A stretch of DNA of 62,723 nt, counting the filler, from Actinomycetota bacterium (lineage in GTDB: Bacteria > Actinomycetota > Acidimicrobiia > IMCC26256 > VFJJ01): NCBI GenBank assembly GCA_009886115.1. It is 3 parts of 3 records of this genome, joined end to end, with 100 filler letters (N's around TTAATTAATTAA, not from the genome) between each part and the next. Parts side by side here need not be neighbours in the genome. Positions count along the whole stretch, not along the records: positions 19,867 to 45,787 come from VFJJ01000109.1; 2 more parts are not named here. One strand, 5' to 3'. Each line of letters begins with the position of its first letter. Positions within the stretch are counted from its first letter, which is position 1. Positions 19,866 through 30,451 of this stretch are shown here, one piece after another. The notes under the pieces are model-generated. The model had not been told where the DNA came from and did no database searches. It was given only the letters and a program-made list of their open reading frames with translations. Made by a program: the position numbers and the translations under genes.

Positions 19866-21059
19866 NGGGGCGGTCAGAACGGTCGAAGGCGGGGCGGTCG
19901 GATCGGTCGGGGCGGTCGAAGGCGGGGCGGTCGGCCCGGTCGAGGTCGGGACCGACGAGGGCGGGACCGGCTCGGGCGGAACCGTCGGCTCGGGGGCGGG
20001 CTCAGGGACGGGAACCGTCGGCTCCGGAGCGGTGACGGGCGGTTCGGTGACAGGAGGTTCGGGCGGCGGTTCGGGCGAGGGCGACGGCGCGGGTGCGGCA
20101 GGTGCCGGCGTGGGCTCGGGTGCGGGCAGACTCTCGGGTGCCGGCTGGGGCTCCGACACGACGGGGACCGACGCGGCGGGCCGACGCAACGGAGGGCCGA
20201 CGATCCCGACGGTTCGATCGTTGAACGCCACTGTCTGCCCCGGTATGGGTGCGAGTTCGAAGACCGACACGATCGACGATGCCAGGACCGCAGCCATGCG
20301 CTGGGCCCCTGAGGCCGTGAGGTGGAGCCGGTCGTGATCGCGCACGGGATCGACGTCGCCGGCGCAGTCGGGAACGGCCGCGACCCACTCCCGGCGGGGC
20401 CCGGCCACGGCTGCTCCGGGGTCGATCAGGTGCGTCCCGGGATAGTCCGACGCCAACTCGGCGGCCGCCCGGTACACACCCGTGGCGTGAAGGTCGTCGT
20501 CGTGATCGGCCATCGGCGGCGGTGCGGCCCACCAGACGGCAGCGCCTCGACGGGTGAGGGCCGCCATGAGCGCATCAGCCTTCGCCTGCCATGCGGCGTA
20601 GAACGCAAGGCTGCGGCTCGGTATGGGCCGACGGTCGACGCCGAGGGGGTACGGAGCAACGTAGTTGCCGACGAAGAGCACGACGGCCACATCGGGGTCG
20701 AACGTCGCCACGTCGTCGGCGGCACGTCGCACCCAGTCGGTGTCGGCCGAGAGCAGCCCGGTGCCCCATTGGGCGTCGATCTTGACCTCGGCCCCGTAGC
20801 CCCGAAGCAGCGGGATGGTCTGGGCGCCGGTCTGGCCCATGATCGAGTCGCCGAGCAGCAGCACACGAAGGGGACGATCGCTCGGCCCGGACCGGCGTGC
20901 AGCGTCGACGCCCGAGGTCTTGAGGGCTTGCCCACCCATGAGCATCGTGGCCAACGCGACGATGCCCACGACCAGCGTTGACGGGCGGGAGCGCCCGAGG
21001 CGCGTGCCCAACCTCGTCGACGCGCTGCGACCACCACGATCCACGACTCTCCTCCACAT
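19866..21059 (-). CDS. SGNH/GDSL-type hydrolase with Pro/Thr-rich tail (3' end in gap)
   Basis: N-terminal hydrophobic segment, VLLLGDSI, VLFVGN and DRLHLT (DxxH). Confidence 0.7.
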
Positions 21060-21269
21060 ATGCCCCCATATGTCGACCCGATCCCCCCCAACTTGAGCGA
21101 TTTCGCCAGAAACCGGACATCTCTCTGCTCCAGCGGGGTCAGGTTCAGCGCCGGCGTCGTCGGCGTCGGCTGCATCAGAACCGGCTGCATCACCTCGGGC
21201 GCCAGCTGCATCAGCTGCAGCTGCATCAACTCGGGCGCCGTCAGGCCCGGCGCCGATAGGTTGCGGGTT

Positions 21270-22475
21270 ATGACCAGTACTCCAGGCCCGCCGGGCATCG
21301 AGCCGTACCGCATCCACGTCGCCGACGAGGTCCTCGCCGACCTGCGCCACCGACTGGGGCGCACCCGGTGGCCCGAGCCGGCCCCTGTCCCGTCCGACCG
21401 TGAGGCCACGGGCGGCGCCCCGGGGGGCTGGGAGTACGGCATCCCGCTCGCCGAGGTGCAGCGGCTCGCCACGTACTGGCACACCGAGTACGACTGGCCC
21501 ACCCACGAGGCGCGTCTCAACGCGTTTCCCCAGTTCATCACCGAGATCGACGGCGAATCGGTGCACTTCCTGCACGTGCGTTCGCCCCATCCCGACGCGC
21601 TTGCCCTGCTCCTCACCCACGGTTGGCCGGGATCGATCGTCGAGTTCCTCGACGTCATCGGGCCGCTCACCGACCCGGAGTCCCACGGGGGACGAGCAGC
21701 CGATGCGTTCCACGTCGTCGTGCCGTCGATACCCGGGTACGGGTTCAGCGGCCCGACCCGCACCGCCGGGGTCGATTCCCGGAGGGTGGCCACGATGCTC
21801 GCCGAGCTCATGGCCCGCTTGGGGTACGACCGCTACGGCGCCCAGGGTGGCGACTGGGGGGCGGTCATCACCCGCTGGCTGGCCGTCGACGCCGCCGAGC
21901 ACCTCGTGGGCATCCATCTCAACATGGTCCTGTGCGAAGTGCCGCACACCGCCGACGGCGGCGTCTCGCTCGACGGGGTCACACCCGCGGAGCTGGCGCT
22001 CATGGCCGACATGGCCCGAGTCGGCGCCGAGGAGACCGGCTACTTCGCCATCCAGTCGACCCGGCCCCAGACCCTGGCCTACGCCCAGGCCGACTCGCCC
22101 GTCGGGCTCATGGCTTGGATCGTCGAGAAGTTCCACGCCTGGTCGGACGACTGGACCCGCTTCGGCGACGACGCGCTGCTCACCAACGTGATGCTCTCCT
22201 GGGCCACGGGTACCGCCAACTCGTCAGCGCGGCTGTACTTCGAGTCTCAGCACGCCGGTACGCACGCCAATCAGCCCTTCCCCCACCGGATCACGGTGCC
22301 CACGGGCGCGGCGATCTTCCCCAAGGAGCTGTTCACACCGCCGCGAGCCTGGGCGGAGCGCGTCTACGACATCGCGCAGTGGACCGTCCACGAGCACGGT
22401 GGCCACTTCGCCGCATTCGAGCGCCCGGTAGAGCTCACCGCCGACGTTCGCGAGTTCTTCGCCCTCGTCCGCTGA
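21270..22475 (+). CDS. Epoxide hydrolase (EHN + alpha/beta hydrolase)
   Basis: THGWPGS, PSIPGYGFS, GAQGGDWG and GGHFAAFE. Confidence 0.9.
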   Translation: MTSTPGPPGIEPYRIHVADEVLADLRHRLGRTRWPEPAPVPSDREATGGAPGGWEYGIPLAEVQRLATYWHTEYDWPTHEARLNAFPQFITEIDGESVHFLHVRSPHPDALALLLTHGWPGSIVEFLDVIGPLTDPESHGGRAADAFHVVVPSIPGYGFSGPTRTAGVDSRRVATMLAELMARLGYDRYGAQGGDWGAVITRWLAVDAAEHLVGIHLNMVLCEVPHTADGGVSLDGVTPAELALMADMARVGAEETGYFAIQSTRPQTLAYAQADSPVGLMAWIVEKFHAWSDDWTRFGDDALLTNVMLSWATGTANSSARLYFESQHAGTHANQPFPHRITVPTGAAIFPKELFTPPRAWAERVYDIAQWTVHEHGGHFAAFERPVELTADVREFFALVR

Positions 22476-22710
22476 GACCTCAGACGCCGGGAGCCACGGC
22501 TCCACCAGCCTCGAGAATCTCGAATCCCCGACCAAGTGTGAGTACCACCCCGCATTTCCCGGACAACTCACTCCTGGTCGAGGAGCTCGGCCTCCAACCG
22601 CTCCGACGCCATGATGCCAGCGGCCACGACCGCCGCGACCGAGGCCCGACGGCGCTGCTTCGAGCACGGAACCAGCGAGGCGAACAGCACACCCCCGGTA
22701 CGCTTGGCCC

Positions 22711-24018
22711 ATGGGAGAACACGCAGAGCTGCTCAGTCGCCATCGTGGGGTGATGCCGTCGTGGCTGAGCCTGTACTACGACGATCCGATCGAGATCGTG
22801 TCGGGCCAGGGCTGCCGGGTCGTCGACGGTGAGGGCCGTGAGTACCTCGACTTCTTCGGCGGCATCCTCACCACCATGTCGGGGTACGCGGTGCCCGAGG
22901 TCGTCGAGGCGATCCGCGAGCAGGCCGGCCGGATGATGCACACCTCGACCCTGTACCTCATACGCCCCATGGTCGAGCTGGCCGAGCTCATCGCGTCGCT
23001 CGCCCCGATGCCCGACGCCCGCGTGTTCTTCACCACGTCGGGCACGGAGGCCAACGACGCTGCGCTGCTCCTCGCCTCCACATATCGCCGCAGCAACCAG
23101 ATCCTGGCCCTGCGCAACAGCTACCACGGCCGGTCGTTCGCCACGATGGGCGTCACCGGTCAGCGAGGCTGGTCACCCACGAGCCTGTCGCCGTTCCAGG
23201 TGAGCTACGTCTACAACGGCTACCGGTTCCGCTCGCCGTGGGGCGATCTCGAGGATGCCGAGCTCATCGACGCCTGCACCGCCGATCTCCGCAACGTGAT
23301 CGAGACCACGACCTCGGGCGACGTGGCCTGTCTCATCGCCGAGCCGATCCAGGGCGTCGGCGGGTTCGTGGTACCGCCCGACGGGTTCTTCGCCGGCATC
23401 AAGAAGGTGCTCGACGAATACGGGATCCTGTTGATCTCCGACGAGGTCCAGACCGGCTGGGGCCGCACGGGCGACCACTTCTGGGGCATCCAGGCCCACG
23501 ACGTCGTCCCCGACGTGATGACCTTCGCCAAGGGGCTGGGGAACGGGCTCACGATCGCCGGTCTGGTCGGACGGGCCGAGGTGGTCGACTGCATCGGTGC
23601 CAACTCCATCTCGACCTTCGGCGGCAACCCGCTCGTGTGCGCCGGAGCGCTGGCCAACCTCCGGTATCTGCTCGACCACGACCTCCAGGGCAACGCCAAG
23701 CGGAGGGGCGCCCGGCTCCGCGCCCACATCGCACCGCTCGTCGCCGAGCTCGACACCGTGGGCGACGTGCGCGGCCGGGGCCTCATGCTGGCCGTCGAGC
23801 TCGTCCGGCCCGGCGGCGGCCGCACGCCCGACCCCAGCGCGGCGGCGGCCGTCCTCGAAGCGACGAAGGCCGCCGGCCTCCTCGTCGGCAAGGGAGGCAC
23901 CTACGGCAACTGCGTGCGCGTCGCTCCCCCGATGTGCGTCACCGAGGCCGAGATCGACGAGGGCGCAGCCATCCTCGCCACAGCCCTCCGATCGGTTGCC
24001 ACGACGACAGGGGGCTGA
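22711..24018 (+). CDS. Class III PLP aminotransferase (omega-amino acid/GABA-type)
   Basis: SGTEAND, YHGRS, AEPIQG, DEVQTGWGRTG and TFAKGLGNG. Confidence 0.9.
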   Translation: MGEHAELLSRHRGVMPSWLSLYYDDPIEIVSGQGCRVVDGEGREYLDFFGGILTTMSGYAVPEVVEAIREQAGRMMHTSTLYLIRPMVELAELIASLAPMPDARVFFTTSGTEANDAALLLASTYRRSNQILALRNSYHGRSFATMGVTGQRGWSPTSLSPFQVSYVYNGYRFRSPWGDLEDAELIDACTADLRNVIETTTSGDVACLIAEPIQGVGGFVVPPDGFFAGIKKVLDEYGILLISDEVQTGWGRTGDHFWGIQAHDVVPDVMTFAKGLGNGLTIAGLVGRAEVVDCIGANSISTFGGNPLVCAGALANLRYLLDHDLQGNAKRRGARLRAHIAPLVAELDTVGDVRGRGLMLAVELVRPGGGRTPDPSAAAAVLEATKAAGLLVGKGGTYGNCVRVAPPMCVTEAEIDEGAAILATALRSVATTTGG

Positions 24019-24146
24019 CAGCCACCACATCGTGTTGACGTTCCGCGCATCCGGCCCCGAGCTCGACGCGCTCAGCAACACGATCGTCGGGCCATCAGAG
24101 CCGACAGCGCGGGCGTAGGCCGGCGGCCACCCGCCAGCCGCCTCGA

Positions 24147-24455
24147 TCAGCCGCCGGTGAGGCTCACGTGCGAGGCCACCTCGTACCGGTTGACGTCGGC
24201 GCCGAGCATCCCGATCTCACCGATCCAGGCCATGAAGGCGTTGTAGGTGTCGGTCGAGCAATGGGCCCCGAAGGCCTCCTCGCTCGCCCAGTGCTCGAAG
24301 ATGCGGAACGAACCCGGCTCCGAGACGTCCTCGGCATAGCCGTAGGCCAGGCAACCGTCCTCGCTCACCGAGGCCGCCGCGACCGTGCGCATCCGCTCGT
24401 GGCACTCCTCACGGCGGGCCGGGTCGAACTTCATGTGGCCGGAGATGATGAACAC
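24147..24455 (-). CDS. ABM/putative quinol monooxygenase
   Basis: EDGCLAY...FRIFEHWASEEAFGAH. Confidence 0.75.
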   Translation of the reverse strand: MFIISGHMKFDPARREECHERMRTVAAASVSEDGCLAYGYAEDVSEPGSFRIFEHWASEEAFGAHCSTDTYNAFMAWIGEIGMLGADVNRYEVASHVSLTGG

Positions 24456-24523
24456 GGGGACCTCCAAGGCAAGGCCGGGGCCCACAGCCCGCAGCAAAGG
24501 GAGCCGCAGCATAGATTCCGGCG

Positions 24524-25927
24524 GTGGAGACCGAACGGCTGAGCCGTCGAGCCGTGCAGGTGATGATCTGCGGCTCGCTGTGCAGCTTCCAGTCGGCCGT
24601 CAACCTCTCGATCATGAACGTGGCCTTCCCCGACCTCCAGGCCTCGTTCTCCGACCAGCCCCGCTCCACGCTGTCGTGGGTCCTCAACACCTACACCATC
24701 GTGGCGGCGGCGATCCTCATCCCCTTGGGAGTGCTGGCCGATCGGGTGGGCCGCAAACGGGTGCTGATGGTCGGACTCGCTGCATTCACCCTGGGCTCGA
24801 CCATGGGCGCGCTCGCACCGAGCATCCCCGTGCTGATCGTGGCCCGGGTGCTCCAGGCCATCGGCGGCTCGGCCATCACACCAGCGTCGGTGGCACTCAT
24901 CCTCAACGAGGTCCCGGCCAGTCGGCGCACGACGGCCATCGCGGTCTGGGGCGGGATCGGCTCCGCGGCAGCCGCGCTGGGGCCGTCGCTCGGATCGGTG
25001 ATCGTCGACGCGGGCGGTTGGCGCTGGGCGTTCTGGGTGAGCGTGCCCTTGGGTGTGAGCGCGATCGCCATGGGGATACCGGTGTTCCGCGAGTCGCGTG
25101 ATCCCGATGCTCGCGAGATGCCCGACCTGGCGGGGGCCATCCTGCTCATGGCCGGCACGGGGGGAGTCACGCTCGGGTTGGTGCAGAGCCCGCGCTGGGA
25201 CTGGCTCTCGGTTCGGACCCTGGGCTCGATCGTCATCGGCCTGGGCCTGCTCGCCGCGCTGGTGTGGCGCTCGTCGCGCGTCTCGAATCCGATGCTCGAT
25301 CTGAGCTTGTTCCGGTACCCGACGGTGCGGCGCAGCGCCCTGGGCTCGACCGTGTTCGGGATCGGCTTCTTCGCCATGTTCTTCGGCGCCGTGCAGTTCC
25401 TGCGATTCGCCTGGGACTACCCGATCACCAAGGCGGGGCTGCTGTTCACGCCGGTGTCGGTCACCATCGCCTGCGTGTCGGCGTTCGCCGGCCGCGGCGC
25501 CGAGCGTTTCGGTCATCGGCGGATGATCGCCATCGGGGGCAGCGTCTTCTCGGCCGGAGCGATCTGGCTCACGGCCATGCTCTCCGACGAGCCCGACCTC
25601 CGCGTCTGGTTGACGGGGATCGTGGCCATGGGCCTGGGATCAGGGCTCGCCTGGCCCGCGATCCACGGGTTGAGCGTGGTCGGAATCCCCATGCAGATGT
25701 TCGCCGCGGCCACGAGCGTCAACCAGACCTTCCAGCGGGTCTCGACCGTTCTCGGCGTGGCCATCACGATCTCGCTCACCGAGTCGTGGACCACGGGCGA
25801 CGGCGTCGGCGCCTACCGGGGCGCGTTCGGGCTCATGGCCGGCGCGGGGATCGCGGTGGTCGCCGTGGGGTCGCTCCGAGCGCCGCCGACCTCTCCGCGC
25901 GGCGACAGTTTCGCTACGCTACGGTAG
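24524..25927 (+). CDS. MFS transporter, DHA2 family
   Basis: GVLADRVGRKR motif A; many TM helices; PMLDLSLF. Confidence 0.85.
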   Translation: METERLSRRAVQVMICGSLCSFQSAVNLSIMNVAFPDLQASFSDQPRSTLSWVLNTYTIVAAAILIPLGVLADRVGRKRVLMVGLAAFTLGSTMGALAPSIPVLIVARVLQAIGGSAITPASVALILNEVPASRRTTAIAVWGGIGSAAAALGPSLGSVIVDAGGWRWAFWVSVPLGVSAIAMGIPVFRESRDPDAREMPDLAGAILLMAGTGGVTLGLVQSPRWDWLSVRTLGSIVIGLGLLAALVWRSSRVSNPMLDLSLFRYPTVRRSALGSTVFGIGFFAMFFGAVQFLRFAWDYPITKAGLLFTPVSVTIACVSAFAGRGAERFGHRRMIAIGGSVFSAGAIWLTAMLSDEPDLRVWLTGIVAMGLGSGLAWPAIHGLSVVGIPMQMFAAATSVNQTFQRVSTVLGVAITISLTESWTTGDGVGAYRGAFGLMAGAGIAVVAVGSLRAPPTSPRGDSFATLR

Positions 25928-25940
25928 CGTAGCGAAACTG
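25906..25940. promoter_or_regulatory. 35-bp perfect palindrome, probable TetR operator
   Basis: CAGTTTCGCTACGCTAC-G-GTAGCGTAGCGAAACTG just upstream of the MFS-tetR operon. Confidence 0.65.
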
Positions 25941-25986
25941 GTGTGGACGGGCGCCGCCCGGGGCGCGTCCAGCCGCGGGAGGCAGC

Positions 25987-27627
25987 ATGCAACGAACCCC
26001 CGAAGCCATATACGCCAAGCGATGGCGGATCCTTTCGGTCCTGTGCCTGAGCCTGGTGATGGTCGTCGTGGCCAACTCGTCGCTGAACGTCGCCATCCCG
26101 GCGCTCTCGCGCGAGCTGGGTGCGTCGTCGTCGGAGCTCCAGTGGATCATCGACGCCTACGCCATCGTCTTCGCTGGCCTCCTCCTGTTCGCCGGCGCCC
26201 TGGGCGATCGCTTCGGACGCAAGGGAGCCATGCAGATCGGGCTCGTGATCTTCGGTCTGGGCACCACCGTCGCCACGCTGGCCGACTCGCCAGGGCAGCT
26301 CATCGCCTGCCGCGCCGCCATGGGCGTGGGCGCGGCCTTCGTGATGCCGGGGACGCTCAGCATCCTGGCCAACGTCTTCCCTCCGCAGGAGCGGGCCAAG
26401 GCCATCGCCATCTGGGCGGCGTTCGCCGGCGCCGGCGGCGCGCTCGGGCTGTTGCTCTCGGGCTTCCTCCTCGACCACTTCTGGTGGGGCTCGATCTTCT
26501 TCATCAACATCCCCTTGGTGATCCTGGCCCTCGGGTTGGGCGCCGTGCTGCTTCCGACGTCGAGCGACCCCAGCCAGGCACGCTTCGACGTCCCCGGTGC
26601 CGTGCTCTCGATCCTCGGCCTCGGGTCGCTCATCTACGCCATCATCGAGGGCCCGGAGAAGGGCTGGCTCAGCGTCGAGACGTTGGGGCTGATGGCCGTC
26701 TCGATCGCGCTCATCACCGCGTTCATCGTGTGGGAACGGCGTTGCACCCATCCGATGCTCGACCTGTCGCTGTTCTCGAACCGCGCGTTCACGATGGGTT
26801 GCTCCACGATCTTCCTCGGGTTCATGGCCATGCTGGGCATGTTCTTCGTGGTGAGCCAATACCTCCAGTCGGTGCAGGGTCACTCACCGTTCAACACCGG
26901 TGTGCGCCTCCTGCCGTTCACGGTGGCGATGATGGTGGCGGCGCCCCGCTCGGCGGCGCTCGTCGAGCGTCTCGGCGCCCGGCGGGTTGTCACCACGGGT
27001 CTGATCCTCAATGCCGCGGGTCTGGCCATCTTGGGAACCCTCGCCGCCGACAGCTCCTATCTCCAGTTCATGGCCGGCGGGATCATGATGGGCGCGGGCA
27101 TGGGGCTGACCATGCCGCCGTCGACGGGGGCGATCATGACCTCGCTGCCTCTGGGCAAGGCCGGGGTCGGCTCGGCGGTCAATGACACGACCCGCGAAGT
27201 TGGCATCGCCGTTGGCGTTGCCGTGATCGGCAGCATCGTGTCGTCGCGCTACCGCGACTCCCTGGGCGACCTCGACCGGTTCGGCGTTCCCACCGAGGTG
27301 AGCGCCGCCGCGCGTGAGGGTGTCTCGAGAGCCGTGCTCGCCGCCGGCCAGCTCCCCGACAGCGTGCCCGGCGGACGCGAGCTCGTCGATGCCGCCCGCA
27401 GCGCGTTCATGGACGGGATGCACGTGGCCATGTTCTCGGCCGCGGCAATCACCGTCGTGGCCGCCGTTCTCGCCCATCGGTTCATGCCCGACCGGCCGAC
27501 CGTCGCCACCGCGAGCGCCACCGTCGACATCGCGAGCACCACCGCGAAGTCCGACGACGCCGCTGGCATGGGCACCGCCGCCGCTGGCACGGGTGCCGAC
27601 ATCGCCACCACGGCGGAGCCGGGCTGA
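25987..27627 (+). CDS. MFS transporter, DHA2 (EmrB/QacA) family
   Basis: LQWIIDAY, GALGDRFGRK, WGSIFFINIP and GSAVNDTTRE. Confidence 0.9.
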   Translation: MQRTPEAIYAKRWRILSVLCLSLVMVVVANSSLNVAIPALSRELGASSSELQWIIDAYAIVFAGLLLFAGALGDRFGRKGAMQIGLVIFGLGTTVATLADSPGQLIACRAAMGVGAAFVMPGTLSILANVFPPQERAKAIAIWAAFAGAGGALGLLLSGFLLDHFWWGSIFFINIPLVILALGLGAVLLPTSSDPSQARFDVPGAVLSILGLGSLIYAIIEGPEKGWLSVETLGLMAVSIALITAFIVWERRCTHPMLDLSLFSNRAFTMGCSTIFLGFMAMLGMFFVVSQYLQSVQGHSPFNTGVRLLPFTVAMMVAAPRSAALVERLGARRVVTTGLILNAAGLAILGTLAADSSYLQFMAGGIMMGAGMGLTMPPSTGAIMTSLPLGKAGVGSAVNDTTREVGIAVGVAVIGSIVSSRYRDSLGDLDRFGVPTEVSAAAREGVSRAVLAAGQLPDSVPGGRELVDAARSAFMDGMHVAMFSAAAITVVAAVLAHRFMPDRPTVATASATVDIASTTAKSDDAAGMGTAAAGTGADIATTAEPG

Positions 27628-28298
27628 TGGTCGGGCGCGCTGCGTGGTCGATCGCTCCGCAGACGGGCACGCTGCAGACGGGCGCCCCGCAGACGGGCAC
27701 GCTGCAGACGGGCCCAGGCACGGGCGATCCCCGCGTGGCCCGATCCCGGGCGGCGGTCCTCGAGGTCACCCTCGAGCTGCTCGCGGAGATGGGCTTGGCG
27801 GCCACGACCATCGAGGCGATCGCCACCCGCTCGGGTGTCGCCAAGACCACCATCTACCGCCACTGGAACAGCCGGGCCGAAGTGATCGTCGACGCAGTCC
27901 GCAGCGCCGCCGAGCCTCATCCGATTCCCACGAGCGGCGACCTGCGGAGCGACCTGATCACGTTCATCGAGCACCTGGCCGACCGCCTCCGACGGGGCCG
28001 GCTGGCCGGGCTGCTGCCCACGCTCGTCGATGCCGCGGCGCGCGACCCCGAGATCGCCACGCTGTATCACGAGCTCATCGAGCAGCGCCGGCAACCGGTT
28101 CGGGCGCTCATCGAGGGGGCGATCGCCGACGGCAGCATCGCTCCCAGCGTCGACGCCGAGCTGCTCGCCGACATCCTCGTGGGGGCGCTGTTCGTCCGCC
28201 TGCTCGTGACGCGCCAGACCATCGCCGGCGACACGGCAGCATCGATCGTCGACGTCGTCCTCGACGGTGCGCTGCGGCGCCCGGCGCCCGGCGCCTGA
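27627..28298 (+). CDS. TetR/AcrR family regulator
   Basis: TTIEAIATRSGVAKTTIYRHW HTH; coupled to the MFS stop codon. Confidence 0.9.
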   Translation: MVGRAAWSIAPQTGTLQTGAPQTGTLQTGPGTGDPRVARSRAAVLEVTLELLAEMGLAATTIEAIATRSGVAKTTIYRHWNSRAEVIVDAVRSAAEPHPIPTSGDLRSDLITFIEHLADRLRRGRLAGLLPTLVDAAARDPEIATLYHELIEQRRQPVRALIEGAIADGSIAPSVDAELLADILVGALFVRLLVTRQTIAGDTAASIVDVVLDGALRRPAPGA

Positions 28299-28440
28299 GC
28301 CGCGCCCGAGCCGAGGCCCTCAACCCGACCCGGTCGGGCGCGGCCCGGGCGCGCCCCGATCGCCGCGGCGCCCGGTAGCCTGATGTAACGAACGACGACC
28401 GCGAGCGACTCGATCGTCACACCATCTCCCGGAGGTTTCG

Positions 28441-29091
28441 ATGTTCGGACGCACACCCCATCTGGTCGACGAGTCGACCGCCCTGGCGGGCCGCAGCGAG
28501 ACGATGCCCGTCCCGCCCGCGCACTTCGTGAACGGCAACCCGCTCACCCCGCCGTTCCCCGACGGAATGGAGCAGGCCGTCTTCGGGATGGGCTGCTTCT
28601 GGGGCGCCGAGCGCATGTTTTGGCAGGCTCCCGGGGTGTACACCACCGCGGTGGGCTACGCCGGTGGCTTCACGCCCAACCCAACCTACGAGGAGACCTG
28701 CTCGGGCTCCACGGGCCACACCGAGGCCGTGCTCGTGGTCTTCGATCCCGCGGTCACGTCGTACGACGCCTTGCTCAAGATCTTCTGGGAGTCGCACGAC
28801 CCCACCCAGGGGATGCGCCAGGGCAACGACAGGGGCACCCAGTACCGCTCGGCGATCTACGCCTACGGCGCCGAGCAACTCGCCGCCGCGCTCGCTTCCC
28901 GCGACCTGTTCCAAGAGCGGCTCGCCGCGGCCCGCTACGGCGACATCACCACCGAGATCCGCGAGGCGCCGGCGTTCTATTACGCCGAGCCCTACCACCA
29001 GCAGTATCTGGGCAAGAACCCGGGCGGCTACTGCGGCCTCGGCGGTACCGGCGTGAGCTGCCCGGTCGGGGTGGCTGCAGCCGGCGACTGA
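28441..29091 (+). CDS. msrA: Peptide methionine sulfoxide reductase A
   Basis: [25 protein letters not shown] and YYAE.YHQQYL. Confidence 0.97.
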   Translation: MFGRTPHLVDESTALAGRSETMPVPPAHFVNGNPLTPPFPDGMEQAVFGMGCFWGAERMFWQAPGVYTTAVGYAGGFTPNPTYEETCSGSTGHTEAVLVVFDPAVTSYDALLKIFWESHDPTQGMRQGNDRGTQYRSAIYAYGAEQLAAALASRDLFQERLAAARYGDITTEIREAPAFYYAEPYHQQYLGKNPGGYCGLGGTGVSCPVGVAAAGD

Positions 29092-29096
29092 GCGTC

Positions 29097-29127
29097 CTGT
29101 GCCAGGCCCGCGAACGGCCTGGCACAG
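29097..29127. terminator. Hairpin between convergent genes
   Basis: CTGTGCCAGGCC-N7-GGCCTGGCACAG. Confidence 0.6.
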
Positions 29128-29460
29128 CTACTCCTTGAGCTCGATGAGGATCTCGCGATAGGTCCTCTGACCGGTGTTCACCGCGGTCTCGATGCCGCCC
29201 TTGGTGAGGTACATCGCCTGGCCCGCCACGACGTCGCCCTCGACGAAGCCGCTGAGCGCACCGGCGGTGTCGGGCTCGAAGTCGCCGGCGATGCGGTCAC
29301 CGTCGAGCTGCACGAGGATGTAGTCCATCGTGTGCTCGTGCACGTCGGACCGGGCCCCGGGCTCGAGCTCGAGCTCCCAGATCTTGACCCGCTCGTTCTC
29401 GAACACGAGCTTGGTCGCCACGTCGCCCAGCACTCGCTCGCCCATCGCCTGGTCTCCCAT
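29128..29460 (-). CDS. Cupin domain protein
   Basis: [17 protein letters not shown]...HEHTMDY...AVNTG...EILIELK. Confidence 0.75.
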   Translation of the reverse strand: MGDQAMGERVLGDVATKLVFENERVKIWELELEPGARSDVHEHTMDYILVQLDGDRIAGDFEPDTAGALSGFVEGDVVAGQAMYLTKGGIETAVNTGQRTYREILIELKE

Positions 29461-29587
29461 CAGCTGTCTCCGAACGGTGCGCCGGCCTGCGCACTGTCGC
29501 ATGCGGTCCTCGACGTTGCCGCCGGCCCGAGTGCAGCCGACGCTACCCGGGTGCCGGGCGACACGAAAGCGCGTAGCGTCGCCGGTC

Positions 29588-30451
29588 ATGCGCTTCTGGT
29601 TGCCCCTCATGTTCGAGCCGACGAGCCAGTTCCATGACATCGCCCGGCTCGCCGAGCGCCACGGCTTCGAGGGCCTCGCTCTGGCCGACCACGTTCTCAT
29701 CCCCGAGCAGATCGCCTCGGTGCACCCGTCGGGCGAGAACCCGTTCACCCCCGAGACGGCGTTCCAGGATCCGCTGGTGTCGATCGCTTCGATGGCCGCG
29801 GTCACCACCCACCTGAAGTTCATGCCCTACGTGTACATCCTGCCGATGCGCGACCCGTTCTCGGTTGCCAAGCAGGTGGGCACGCTCTCCGACCTGGCCG
29901 GCCAACGGGTCTCGATGGGCGTGGGTGCCGGGTGGCTGGCCGAGGAGATGGAGGTGCTGGGCCACGACTTCCACTGTCGCGGGCGGCGTCTCGACGAGAT
30001 GCTGACGATCATCCGCGACCTCTGGGACGACGGCTGGTGCGAGTTCCACGGTGCGCACTACGACGTTCCGCGCTCGGCCATGTTCCCGGTCCCCACCGGC
30101 CGGATCCCGATCTGGGTGGGAGGCAAGAGCGACGCGGCGTTGCGACGGGCGGCCCGTCACGACGGCTGGCTGGGCATGAACTACGACGTCGACGAGATCC
30201 CGCTGCTGCTCGACACGCTCGCCGCAGCCCGCAGGGAAGCGGGGAGCCACACCCGGAGCGACTTCGAGGTGATGGTGATCCCCAACGCCGTCCCCGACGT
30301 CGACCGTTACCGGGAACTCGAGGAGCGGGGTGTCACGTCGACGATCGGCATGCCCTGGATGCTCGGCGATCCGGCGTTCTCGTCGATCGCCTCCAAGGAC
30401 GATGCGATGGCCCGCTTCGCCGAGACGTTCATCGCTCCGCTGACTCGATGA
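29588..30451 (+). CDS. LLM-class (probably F420-dependent) oxidoreductase
   Basis: ADHVLIP, DPLVSIASMAAVT, GVGAGW..EE and IWVGGKS.AALRRAA; TAGCGT 8 nt before the ATG. Confidence 0.85.
   Translation: MRFWLPLMFEPTSQFHDIARLAERHGFEGLALADHVLIPEQIASVHPSGENPFTPETAFQDPLVSIASMAAVTTHLKFMPYVYILPMRDPFSVAKQVGTLSDLAGQRVSMGVGAGWLAEEMEVLGHDFHCRGRRLDEMLTIIRDLWDDGWCEFHGAHYDVPRSAMFPVPTGRIPIWVGGKSDAALRRAARHDGWLGMNYDVDEIPLLLDTLAAARREAGSHTRSDFEVMVIPNAVPDVDRYRELEERGVTSTIGMPWMLGDPAFSSIASKDDAMARFAETFIAPLTR

Noticed and set aside
22476..22710. Possible ncRNA or riboswitch upstream of the aminotransferase
   Set aside because: No recognisable aptamer motif, and the gene appears leaderless.
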